Assembly: GCA_964645605.1 (NCBI GenBank)
Contig: CAZYCE010000001.1
Span: 63-64,062, forward strand
Direction: 5' to 3'
From: an uncultured Gammaproteobacteria bacterium
GTDB taxonomy: Bacteria; Patescibacteriota; Microgenomatia; UBA8517
Length of the DNA stretch: 64,000 bases
Each line of letters opens with the position of its first letter. Positions within the stretch are counted from its first letter, which is position 1. The notes under the pieces were generated by a model. The model did not search any database. It was not told the DNA's origin and worked only from the letters and a program-made list of their open reading frames with translations. Positions 56,387-64,000 of the stretch are shown here, in pieces. The position numbers and the translations under genes were made by a program.

Positions 56387-56443
56387 GTGGCTGCTCCTGC
56401 AAGCAGTGCGCAGACGCCGTGGCACCCGGATTAAAGGTGCTAT

Positions 56444-57118
56444 ATGAGAAAAATTTATATTGAACTGCCCAAGTATCGCCTCCAAATGCATGTAAGGCTA
56501 GTGAAAAGGCGAAAGCCGTTATTGGATGAGCCAATAATTCCAAAAGCTTCCGTGGTTAGGAGAAAATATAGAAAGGGAACCTTCGTCGGAAGGTTGGCCA
56601 GGTATATGGCTGACCATAAAAACACAAGTAAAGTGTTTGCCGCAAGTTTTGCGGTTGTTGCCGCAACTTCTTCTTTTATTCCTCAGACAGTTAATGTCCA
56701 GGCTCAAGGATCGGAAAATCTTATTATTGAATCTCAAACCAACCTTACTACCGAGAAAAGTTTGATTTATCCTGTCGCCCAAATAAAAATCAACCAAGGA
56801 TATTCGATTTTTCATAAAGCCACAGATTTTGGAGGAAATGTTGGAACTCCCGTCAAGCCAATTATGGCGGGTATGGTTGCCTACGCCGGTTGGGATCGTT
56901 CAGGCTATGGAAATTTGGTCATACTAAAGCATATCAATGGAATCGATTCGTATTATGCCCACTTATCTAAAATTGAGGTCAGTACCGGCCAAAATGTTGA
57001 TATTGGGACTGAAATAGGAAAAATGGGTGCAACTGGGCGCGCGACAGGCTCCCACCTTCATCTCGAAATCCATCAAAATGGAGTTTCCCTTAACCCCCTA
57101 ACGATTTTGTCCAAATGA
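56444..57118 (+). CDS. M23-family (LytM-type) peptidoglycan endopeptidase
   Basis: HxxxD and HxH zinc-ligand context: ATDFGGNVGTPVKPIMAGMVAYAGWDRSGYGNLVILKHINGIDSYYAHLSKI...GATGRATGSHLHLEIHQNG. N-terminal signal anchor. The RBS-like AAAGGTG lies 6 nt upstream of the start codon. Confidence 0.8.
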   Translation: MRKIYIELPKYRLQMHVRLVKRRKPLLDEPIIPKASVVRRKYRKGTFVGRLARYMADHKNTSKVFAASFAVVAATSSFIPQTVNVQAQGSENLIIESQTNLTTEKSLIYPVAQIKINQGYSIFHKATDFGGNVGTPVKPIMAGMVAYAGWDRSGYGNLVILKHINGIDSYYAHLSKIEVSTGQNVDIGTEIGKMGATGRATGSHLHLEIHQNGVSLNPLTILSK

Positions 57119-57189
57119 TTTTTAACGACCAATTCCTTCACATCTTGTGTATTTTTTAAATATAAAAGTTTATAGTTGAATACTTTTAA

Positions 57190-57300
57190 ATGGATAAAGA
57201 AATAAGAAAAGTATTTGGCAAATTCGGTGATTTCAACTTCGATCTGAAAAAAATGTTCGGAAGTGCATATCTGGACTATCCAGACACCACAAAAAAATGA
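57190..57300 (+). CDS. Candidate 36-aa small ORF (MDKEIRKVFGKFGDFNFDLKKMFGSAYLDYPDTTKK)
   Basis: Identified by eye in the 328-nt spacer between the M23 gene and groEL. It shares a KVFG.KF motif with a second tiny ORF 70 nt downstream. No strong RBS. Confidence 0.2.
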   Translation: MDKEIRKVFGKFGDFNFDLKKMFGSAYLDYPDTTKK

Positions 57301-57369
57301 TTTGCCGTCATGAAGCATATCGAAAATTGAGGCCAAAATACTTGTCACGATCTTTACGATATTGCCATC

Positions 57370-57444
57370 ATGGACAATTTATTCACGGTACAAGAGATGG
57401 AAAAAGTATTTGGTGACAAATTCAGGAATTGGAAAGTAGAGTAA
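57370..57444 (+). CDS. Candidate 24-aa small ORF (MDNLFTVQEMEKVFGDKFRNWKVE)
   Basis: Second tiny ORF with an EKVFGDKF motif resembling the one in the ORF at 57190. It ends 2 nt before the convergent groEL stop. Confidence 0.2.
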   Translation: MDNLFTVQEMEKVFGDKFRNWKVE

Positions 57445-57446
57445 CT

Positions 57447-59075
57447 TTAGTAATCCATTCCACCCATTCCACCGGGCGGCATCATAGGTTCTTTCTTTTC
57501 TTCAGGGATATCTGTTACCAAACCTTCCGTCGTTAGTACCATCATAGCGACACTAGCAGCGTTTTGGAGCGCACTTCTCGTAACCTTAACAGGATCTATT
57601 ATTCCCATCTTAAGCATCGACCCATATTCTCCGGTAAGAGCGTTGAATCCGTAATCTACATCATCCTTCGCAATAACCTTTTTAAACACGGCCTCACCAT
57701 CCTCACCGGCATTTTTAGCCAACCATTTAATTGGTTCCTCCAGGGCCTCTCTAACTATATCGACACCGATTTGTTCATCACCCTTTTCTGCATTAACTTT
57801 TTTGATTGCTTTTGCGGCTCTAATAAGTGCCGTTTCCCCTCCAGGAACAATCCCTTCCTCGATAGCCGCTTTGGTTGCTCCAACCGCATCCTTTACCCTT
57901 TCTTTTTTATCATTCAGTTCAATTTCGGTTGCTGCCCCAACATTTATCTGGGCAACACCCCCAGCAAGCTTGGCAAGGCGTTCTTCAAACTTCTCTTTAT
58001 CAAAATCACTGTCTGATGCAGATATTTGTTTTTTAATTGAGGCAACCCGAGCGTCAATTGCCGTTTTGTCACCTTTCCCTCCTATAATTCTGGTATTATC
58101 CTTATCCGCCCACACCTTATCGGCCTGTCCCAAATCCTCAATGTCAATTGATTCAAAGGTTCTGCCTGTATCCTCAGAAATTACCGTCCCTCCCGTAAGA
58201 ACAGCTATATCTTCAAGCATTTCTTTTCTCCTATCTCCAAACCCCGGAGCCTTGATAGCTAAAACATTAAAAGTGCCTTTAAGTCTATTAACCACCAACG
58301 TGGCAAGGGCTTCGCCCTCAATTTCGTCCGCTATAATAACCAAATTTTTGGAAACTTTTACGAATTTTTCCAAGAAAGGCAAAAGTTCCTGAATAGAGGC
58401 AATTTTCTTATCCGTCAAAAGTATATATGGAGCCTCTATTTCTGCTTCCATTTTGTCAGGGTTGGTAACAAAATAGGCTGAGGCGTAACCTTTATCAAAC
58501 TCCATTCCTTCCTTATATTCTATATCTATGGTAAGACCCTTGCCTTCCTCAACTGTAACAACACCATCCCGGCCAACTTTCTCTAAGGCTTCGGCAATTT
58601 TTGAACCTATCAGATCATCTCCCGCTGAAATAGTAGCAACTTGAGCAATCTCGCTCTGGCTTTTTATTGGTTTAGCCATTTTCCTTAAGCTTTCCGTTGC
58701 CATCTCAACTGCTTTTTCAATTCCCTTTTTAACTATCATGGGATTTGCTCCGGCATCAATCTTGGCCATCCCTTTTTGGGTCATCACTTGGGCAAGAAGT
58801 GTCGAGGTTGTGGTTCCGTCTCCAGCATTATCGTTGGTTTTGCTGGCAGCTTCCTTAACAAGCTGAGCACCCATATTTTCAAATGGATCCGGGAGATCAA
58901 TTTCCTTAGCCACTGACACTCCATCGTGAACAATGTTCGGGGCACCCCATTTTTTGTCAAGCGCAATATTTCGGCCTTTTGGGCCAAGCGTTGTTACAAC
59001 CGCCCTGGCAACTGTATCAATCCCTTTTAAAAGGGATTGTCTTGCCTCATTTGAAAATTTTAATTGTTTTGCCAT
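57447..59075 (-). CDS. groEL: Chaperonin GroEL (Hsp60)
   Basis: [59 protein letters not shown]. The C-terminal GGM repeats are present (PGGMGGMDY). Confidence 0.95.
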   Translation of the reverse strand: MAKQLKFSNEARQSLLKGIDTVARAVVTTLGPKGRNIALDKKWGAPNIVHDGVSVAKEIDLPDPFENMGAQLVKEAASKTNDNAGDGTTTSTLLAQVMTQKGMAKIDAGANPMIVKKGIEKAVEMATESLRKMAKPIKSQSEIAQVATISAGDDLIGSKIAEALEKVGRDGVVTVEEGKGLTIDIEYKEGMEFDKGYASAYFVTNPDKMEAEIEAPYILLTDKKIASIQELLPFLEKFVKVSKNLVIIADEIEGEALATLVVNRLKGTFNVLAIKAPGFGDRRKEMLEDIAVLTGGTVISEDTGRTFESIDIEDLGQADKVWADKDNTRIIGGKGDKTAIDARVASIKKQISASDSDFDKEKFEERLAKLAGGVAQINVGAATEIELNDKKERVKDAVGATKAAIEEGIVPGGETALIRAAKAIKKVNAEKGDEQIGVDIVREALEEPIKWLAKNAGEDGEAVFKKVIAKDDVDYGFNALTGEYGSMLKMGIIDPVKVTRSALQNAASVAMMVLTTEGLVTDIPEEKKEPMMPPGGMGGMDY

Positions 59076-59098
59076 GATTAGAATTCGCTCACCATAAA

Positions 59099-59395
59099 TT
59101 AGCCTTCAATAGCTAAAATGTCCTCAAACTTGACGAATAAATATTCTTTTCCTTGAATTTTGACTTCGTTTCCTCCCCATTTTTTATAAAAAACAACGTC
59201 ATTTAGTTTTGCGGGAGGTTCAATCTTTTGACCATCTTGAAAGGAGGCTTTGCCCATTGCAATAACTTTTCCTTTTTGTGGTTTTTCTGAAGCATTGTCG
59301 GGTAAATAAATCCCTGAGGATGTTTTTGTTTCAGCCTCGAGAGGTTCAATCAATAAATACCCAGCAGTCGGTTTTAAATTCAGTTTAGTTATCAT
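59099..59395 (-). CDS. groES: Co-chaperonin GroES (Hsp10)
   Basis: [35 protein letters not shown]...GKVIAMG matches GroES. It lies directly upstream of groEL on the same strand. Confidence 0.9.
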   Translation of the reverse strand: MITKLNLKPTAGYLLIEPLEAETKTSSGIYLPDNASEKPQKGKVIAMGKASFQDGQKIEPPAKLNDVVFYKKWGGNEVKIQGKEYLFVKFEDILAIEG

Positions 59396-59401
59396 ATTCG
59401 A

Positions 59402-59456
59402 TTAGCATTCCAACTCAATGACTGCTATTTTAGTTTTTTGACGAGAGGTTTGTCAA
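59402..59456 (-). promoter_or_regulatory. Sigma-70-like promoter (TTGACA-18 nt-TAAAAT) followed by a CIRCE-like operator upstream of groES
   Basis: The plus strand at 59402-59428 reads TTAGCATTC-CAACTCAAT-GACTGCTAT. This matches the CIRCE consensus TTAGCACTC-N9-GAGTGCTAA with 3 mismatches. On the minus strand the -35 TTGACA lies at 59451-59456 and the -10 TAAAAT at 59427-59432. The -10 overlaps the stop of the upstream nucleotidyltransferase gene. Confidence 0.5.
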
Positions 59457-60302
59457 GTGTATCTTTTTGGCTACAATACGGGTCAAATCGTTCGGGTGAA
59501 ATATTGCCCTCGTAATCGTAACCACCTCCCTGGTAATCTTAGGTTTCATATAATAATATTGCATTTTGAAACATAGAGTTTCTATGTAATTTAGTCTTCT
59601 CTGTTTCGTATACGAGGTATTATTATTATTTCTGATTTCTTTTACGTTTGGCCAAAAGTCTAAGGCCCACCTATTTTTCGTCAAAAACCTCTCATACATC
59701 CCATTTTTGTCAATCAAAGGAACTATTTGTAAAATTTCGTGGGCAGTATAAAAATTTCGGTCTTTTTTCCCCCAGACCAGATCAGACTCATCCATCCAGA
59801 TATTCAAACACAGTCTGTCTTTTCCGCGACTATGGGCAGGCTTTCTGATTTTATAATTCAGAAGTTTTAATAATATGTAAGTCATCAGTCTTGTAGACCA
59901 AAGTTGGCCTTTCTTGGTAATAATCATGAGATCAATATCATCGTCTTTGTCCGCATTTTCCATGGCTAGGGAGCCAGTTAAACCTATCATCTTTATCCCC
60001 GGTAGTATGGAGATGGTTCTTGAGACTTTTTTGGCTATTTGAATCTTACCTTGAGAATACCTTTCTCTAATAGCACGCTTATAGATTAGACCCTCTCTCC
60101 CCTCGACAAAGCAAAATCCATTTTTACATGAGGCTCGAAAATCCATCAAAGGAGCATTTTTGGAAGTCCATTTAATAAGTTCCGGAAACGTCAGAGGGTA
60201 ATCGAAAATATTATGATAATAAATCGAAAATAGCTCCGAGTTGCTTAAACTCTCCGGGAACGGATTTGTTCTGAAAGAAAAATGGCGCAACAATGACATC
60301 AC
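59430..60302 (-). CDS. Pol-beta-superfamily nucleotidyltransferase of unknown specificity
   Basis: The motif GLTGSLAMENADKDDDIDLMII fits the NTase signature GS-x(9-13)-DxD. A third acidic position may be CLNIWMDESDL. 290 aa with an N-terminal ~100-aa extension. The start overlaps the stop of the upstream SBP gene (ATGA). Confidence 0.5.
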   Translation of the reverse strand: MMSLLRHFSFRTNPFPESLSNSELFSIYYHNIFDYPLTFPELIKWTSKNAPLMDFRASCKNGFCFVEGREGLIYKRAIRERYSQGKIQIAKKVSRTISILPGIKMIGLTGSLAMENADKDDDIDLMIITKKGQLWSTRLMTYILLKLLNYKIRKPAHSRGKDRLCLNIWMDESDLVWGKKDRNFYTAHEILQIVPLIDKNGMYERFLTKNRWALDFWPNVKEIRNNNNTSYTKQRRLNYIETLCFKMQYYYMKPKITREVVTITRAIFHPNDLTRIVAKKIHLTNLSSKN

Positions 60303-61723
60303 CTTACGGAAATTCCATATTGAGCCAATACTTGTGCAACCCCTTCGGCCACAGTCTCCAAAGCTTTAATGGCTGAGCCTTTACCCGTTGCGACCGCATT
60401 GACTGCGTCACCGAAATAATTGGAGATTTGAGTATTTATTCCTGTGGCTCCATCAAAGGTACGACTTGCCAAATACCAGCTCCTGGCTCCCGGGGCCTGA
60501 TTTATGATTGAACCAATAATTGGATGGCTCGTTAAAAGCGAGGCCATATCTACCCTAGGGTATGGTTCTCCAAAACTTCTAACCGCGGCTTCATTTTGAT
60601 ATAGTTTTTGTAAGGAGTCTTTCGTTGCCAGGTAATTCAAAAAATCCCAAGCCGCTGATTTCTTTGTGCTTTTCGACCATATTCCCTCGGCCCAGTAAGT
60701 GGCGTAGGTAACGTCGGGTTGGCTGGGATTGTCTTTAGGAAGCTGGGGAATGGGAACTGTCCTAAATTTCAAATTTGGATTTTTTTGTTCTATCTCGAAA
60801 GCTCTCCAACTCGGGCCTAGATACATAGCCAGCTTCCCGGCTGCAAACGCTTGAGTTGAGGTTGGCAAAGAAATATCCCAGATTCCTTCGACTGAGGAAA
60901 AAAGAGTGAAGTATGTCAAAGCATCCGCAGCATTTTCCCCAGTCGGTTTTGACAGATCCACTCCATTTTGGATCATCAGGAGACCCAGTATTTCCTGCCA
61001 ATGGTCAACGTTTTCGGTTCTACCAAGAGCTGCCCCTGCCTGCGCTATAATTCCTTTGTCATCTTTTATTGTTAAGGATTTTGCTACGCTTCTGAAATCA
61101 TCCCACGTTGTGGGTGGGGTTTTACCTGATTTATCGAAAATATCTTGATTTATAAAAAGGGTAAGTGCATCGTAGCCCAACGGAATTCCCACTATGGAAT
61201 TGCCATAAGAAAGATCTGAAGTGATCACCTGATAAAAATTTTTGGAATAGTCCGCCGCAGTCATCACGGAGGAAGGTAGAGCGTCAAGATCCGATTTAAA
61301 CATTGGGACCCATGTGTTATGGAATGCAAAAATGTCTGGCCCTTCTCCGTTTTTAAATGAGTTGGCAAGCCTTTCGCGATAATCCTCCTTTGATTGGGCA
61401 ACATAGATTATTTTTACCCCAGGGTGTAAAGATTCATATGAACTGATAAGAGGTGCCACAACATTAGTGTCTTCCCACAATCCCCACCAAACGATCTCTG
61501 CAGAGGCTTTCTTTTCCGAACCGATTAAATATTTATAGGCAACAAACCCTATTATTGCCAAAAATATTAAAGAGCCCACAATAATCAATGTTTTTGGGAC
61601 TTTTTTCTTTGCAGGTGCAATGGGTTGCGGAGCAATACCGGATGTAGTCAGAGGAGGCGGCTGGGCTGGTGCGCCGGTTGGAATTTGGACGTTTACATTT
61701 TGATAAACATTAGGTTGTGGCAT
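60299..61723 (-). CDS. Extracellular solute-binding protein (family 1, sugar-type ABC SBP) with an N-terminal Pro-rich segment and TM anchor
   Basis: N-terminal PQPNVYQNV...PPPLTTSGIAPQP, then a TM (LIIVGSLIFLAIIGFVAY). Then a domain collinear with SBP_bac_1 proteins (IVWWGLWEDTNVVAPLISSYESLHPGVKIIYV...). No permease or ATPase genes adjacent. Confidence 0.65.
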   Translation of the reverse strand: MPQPNVYQNVNVQIPTGAPAQPPPLTTSGIAPQPIAPAKKKVPKTLIIVGSLIFLAIIGFVAYKYLIGSEKKASAEIVWWGLWEDTNVVAPLISSYESLHPGVKIIYVAQSKEDYRERLANSFKNGEGPDIFAFHNTWVPMFKSDLDALPSSVMTAADYSKNFYQVITSDLSYGNSIVGIPLGYDALTLFINQDIFDKSGKTPPTTWDDFRSVAKSLTIKDDKGIIAQAGAALGRTENVDHWQEILGLLMIQNGVDLSKPTGENAADALTYFTLFSSVEGIWDISLPTSTQAFAAGKLAMYLGPSWRAFEIEQKNPNLKFRTVPIPQLPKDNPSQPDVTYATYWAEGIWSKSTKKSAAWDFLNYLATKDSLQKLYQNEAAVRSFGEPYPRVDMASLLTSHPIIGSIINQAPGARSWYLASRTFDGATGINTQISNYFGDAVNAVATGKGSAIKALETVAEGVAQVLAQYGISVR

Positions 61724-61793
61724 GTGTGGCGTAATCTAGACTATATTTAAATGGTATCATATGGCTAAAATATGACAAGTCATTTTTATTAAT

Positions 61794-63554
61794 ATGAATA
61801 AAAAAACTAAAATGCTGGTTAGAAAATATCTGATTCGTGTAGCAATATTTACAGCCTCTTTGGTTTTGATTATTGGGACAGCCATTCTTTCTTATCTTAT
61901 TGCCTATAACGGCAAGATTTATCCAAATATCTCCGTGGCCGGAGTAAATATCGCAGGGAATACTCAAGCCGATGCTATACTTCTTCTTTCCAAAAACATT
62001 ATTACCCCATCCGAAATTACCTTAATTTACCAAGACCAGACTTACCCAATTAAAACCTCCGATATCGATCTTCACTACGATTTTTATTCTTCAACTCGAA
62101 AAGCTTATGAATTTGTCAGAACCGGCAATATTTTCACAGATATTCAAAAGCGAATTATCTTGCTTTTTAACTCAGAGAATCTGGGCCTTATAACAAATTT
62201 TGATGGCGGTAAATTATCTAAGCTCATCTCGATCGTGGCAGGCCAAATCTCCATTGACCCTGTTAATCCGTCTGTCTCCAAAACCTCGGGAGGAATTTCG
62301 GTTGAAAGGGGGCTTGCCGGAAGAGAGGTCAGTCAAGAACAGTTAACATCCCTGATATTGCAATATTTAACTTTTAACCAAAAAGGCCCAATTTCAATTC
62401 CTGTCGAGAATATTGATAATACTCTGACAGTTGAGCAAGCAGATGCCCTATCCGCCCGTGCAGAAAGACTTTTGGGTAAAAGTATTGTTATGAAGCATGA
62501 ATACGATAGCATTACCCTTAAGGACACTGATATTTTTGCACTTCTGGGTGCTGAAGGGGGATACAACGAAGAGGCAATTACAGGGTTAATTCAAAAGTCG
62601 GCCCCAACATTTGAAAGAGAGCCTCAGAATCCAAAATTTGTGTTTGAAAACGGGAAGGTTACCGAATTTCAACCGGCGTTGGATGGTATAGAAATTAATA
62701 GGGAAGATTCTCAAAATTTGATACGCCAGAAGTTAGTAGAACTTGAGAGGAATTCGAATAAAAGCCTGAGTTTCGATATTCCGGTCGTTAGGACTCCTCC
62801 CGAAATTGATACAGGCCAGGTAAATGATTTTGGAATCAGAGAGCTTATCGGCCGTGGGACGTCAACTTATTTTCATTCAATACCAGGACGTGTCCACAAT
62901 GTGTCTCTTGCGGCCAGCAGAATCAACGGCACACTTGTCAAACCTGGAGAAACATTTTCATTTAACAATACCTTGGGGGATGTATCTGCCTTTACAGGAT
63001 ACCAACAGGCTTACATTATTAGTGGTGGCAAGACAATTTTGGGAGACGGAGGTGGTGTTTGCCAGGTATCTACAACGCTTTTTAGAGCAATTTTGGACGC
63101 AGGTCTACCGATAGTTGAAAGACAGGCTCATGCCTACCGTGTGGGTTATTATGAACAAGACTCCCCTCCCGGAATTGACGCCACAGTGTTTAGTCCTTCA
63201 CCCGACCTCAAATTTATCAACGACACGGGTCATTATATTTTAATAGAAGCAACTGCCGACACCAAAAATTACTCGCTTGTTTTTGAACTTTATGGGGCGT
63301 CAGACGGCAGGGTGGCTTCAATTTCAAAGCCGGTCGTAACCAATGTCACTGCCCCACCTCCAGATTTGTATCAGGATGACCCGACACTTCCCGCGGGGAC
63401 TGTTAAGCAAGTAGACTATAAGGCCTGGGGCGCCAGAGTTAGCTTTGATTATATTGTAACAAGGGGTGGCAGAGAAATTATTAATAAAACATTCATCAGC
63501 AACTATAAACCCTGGCAGGCTATATACCTCCGCGGTACGGGCCCGGCACAATAG
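61794..63554 (+). CDS. VanW-domain protein with an N-terminal TM anchor
   Basis: VanW-like core (GRGTSTYFHSIPGRVHNVSLAASRINGTLVKPGETFSFNNTLGDVSAFTGYQQAYIISGG...GGGVCQVSTTLFRAILDAGLPIVERQAHAY). N-terminal TM and PG-binding-like region. 586 aa. Confidence 0.7.
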   Translation: MNKKTKMLVRKYLIRVAIFTASLVLIIGTAILSYLIAYNGKIYPNISVAGVNIAGNTQADAILLLSKNIITPSEITLIYQDQTYPIKTSDIDLHYDFYSSTRKAYEFVRTGNIFTDIQKRIILLFNSENLGLITNFDGGKLSKLISIVAGQISIDPVNPSVSKTSGGISVERGLAGREVSQEQLTSLILQYLTFNQKGPISIPVENIDNTLTVEQADALSARAERLLGKSIVMKHEYDSITLKDTDIFALLGAEGGYNEEAITGLIQKSAPTFEREPQNPKFVFENGKVTEFQPALDGIEINREDSQNLIRQKLVELERNSNKSLSFDIPVVRTPPEIDTGQVNDFGIRELIGRGTSTYFHSIPGRVHNVSLAASRINGTLVKPGETFSFNNTLGDVSAFTGYQQAYIISGGKTILGDGGGVCQVSTTLFRAILDAGLPIVERQAHAYRVGYYEQDSPPGIDATVFSPSPDLKFINDTGHYILIEATADTKNYSLVFELYGASDGRVASISKPVVTNVTAPPPDLYQDDPTLPAGTVKQVDYKAWGARVSFDYIVTRGGREIINKTFISNYKPWQAIYLRGTGPAQ

Positions 63555-63584
63555 TTTTAGGAATTGTAGTAAAATACTCTGTTC

Positions 63585-64000
63585 ATGAAAATAATTAAGA
63601 ACAACAAAGAGGCGGTCAATATGGCTGTAAATATACTTAAAAACGGCGGTCTGGTTATATATCCAACGGAAACCATGTACGGCGCAGGAGTGGATGCAAC
63701 CAACATAAAGGCTGTCAAAAAAATGACAATTTACAAGGACCGACCTCTTGGCAAACCCTTCTCCATTGCCGTTAAAGACATCGGCATGGCTAAACAATAT
63801 GGAACTTTGAACAAAACCGCAAAAAATCTTTTCAAAGAATTTTTGCCTGGGCCTTTGACTGTTGTAGTTAGGGGAAAAGGTAAACTCGCCAAAGGCATCG
63901 AGTCGGAAGACGGAAAACTGGGAATAAGGCTTCCTGATTATCAATTCGTGCGAGATATCGTCGAAAAATTGGGTAAACCCATTACTGCAACTTCAGCCAA
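63585..64000 (+). CDS. tsaC: L-threonylcarbamoyladenylate synthase (TsaC/YrdC/Sua5 family), partial (3' end beyond window)
   Basis: Translating from the ATG at 63585 gives MKIIKNNKEAVNMAVNILKNGGLVIYPTETMYGAGVDATNIKAVKKMTIYKDRPLGKPFSIAV...FLPGPLTVVV, which matches the YrdC-domain signature (YPTET.YGLG, K.RP..KP). It is not in the ORF track because it runs off the edge. Confidence 0.7.
   Translation, partial: MKIIKNNKEAVNMAVNILKNGGLVIYPTETMYGAGVDATNIKAVKKMTIYKDRPLGKPFSIAVKDIGMAKQYGTLNKTAKNLFKEFLPGPLTVVVRGKGKLAKGIESEDGKLGIRLPDYQFVRDIVEKLGKPITATSA

Noticed and set aside
59430-60302. Calling the nucleotidyltransferase a CBASS cGAS/DncV-like cyclase
   Set aside because: The GS...DxD signature is generic to Pol-beta NTases. 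No effector gene (phospholipase, TM, nuclease, TIR), no Cap2/Cap3-like gene and no Cap4-like gene is adjacent. The neighbours are an SBP and groES. The CBASS call is unsupported.
1-64000. Search for CRISPR arrays, rRNA, tRNA, integrases or transposases
   Set aside because: I found no regularly spaced direct repeats, no rRNA-like conserved stretches, no tRNA-like cloverleaf in the intergenic gaps and no recombinase-like ORF. The region looks like core chromosome.

Overview
This window is gene-dense and low-GC, with small, often overlapping genes. It encodes truncated versions of core proteins: a 604-aa AlaRS lacking the C-Ala domain, a 471-aa IF2, and a Lon-like AAA+ protein with no protease domain. 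Together with many GT-C membrane glycosyltransferases, this suggests a reduced-genome Gram-positive-like bacterium, possibly of the CPR/Patescibacteria type (inference). I found no rRNA, tRNA, CRISPR array or obvious mobile element.

The first ~25 kb is an almost uninterrupted minus-strand array: a partial sortase gene at the edge, a large membrane protein, alaS, a RodZ-like gene, ftsK, rnj, UDG, a metallophosphoesterase and a Lon-like ATPase. After a short break come pnp, rpsO, a DHH-like gene, infB, nusA, then dnaJ-dnaK-grpE-hrcA and murJ. Sigma-70-like promoters overlapping CIRCE (HrcA) operators sit upstream of both hrcA and groES.

The 26-31 kb plus-strand block encodes PilN and PilO homologues. 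They are followed by four membrane or surface proteins. Two of these end in an LPxSG motif, a hydrophobic helix and a short tail, which is a sortase-type sorting signal with Ser in place of Thr. Two carry cysteine-rich ectodomains. I consider this block, together with the sortase at the window edge, the best candidate for an undescribed surface-anchoring system.

The 31-40 kb region encodes a tandem-fused GT-C glycosyltransferase, a second large GT-C-like protein, an LCP ligase, a UvrD/PcrA helicase and two FemAB paralogues. The 40-47 kb region encodes a NUDIX hydrolase, a helicase-nuclease fusion, rmuC, a TrpR/YerC-like protein and metG. The 47-55 kb region is an envelope-glycan cluster: a membrane GT2, a UDP-glucuronate-decarboxylase-like SDR, a GT-C, a GT4 MraY/WecA-family enzyme and a UbiA prenyltransferase that resembles decaprenyl-phosphate phosphoribosyltransferase. 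This suggests a lipid-linked pentose donor pathway.

An unusual ~1.2 kb stretch with no convincing ORF (55247-56443) carries several hairpins and may hold an ncRNA or a long leader. It lies upstream of an M23 peptidase gene, whose own leader has a promoter-like element followed directly by a terminator-like hairpin. Two tiny ORFs with a shared KVFG.KF motif lie between the M23 gene and groEL. The window ends with groES-groEL, a Pol-beta-type nucleotidyltransferase, an orphan sugar-type solute-binding protein, a VanW protein and a partial tsaC/sua5.
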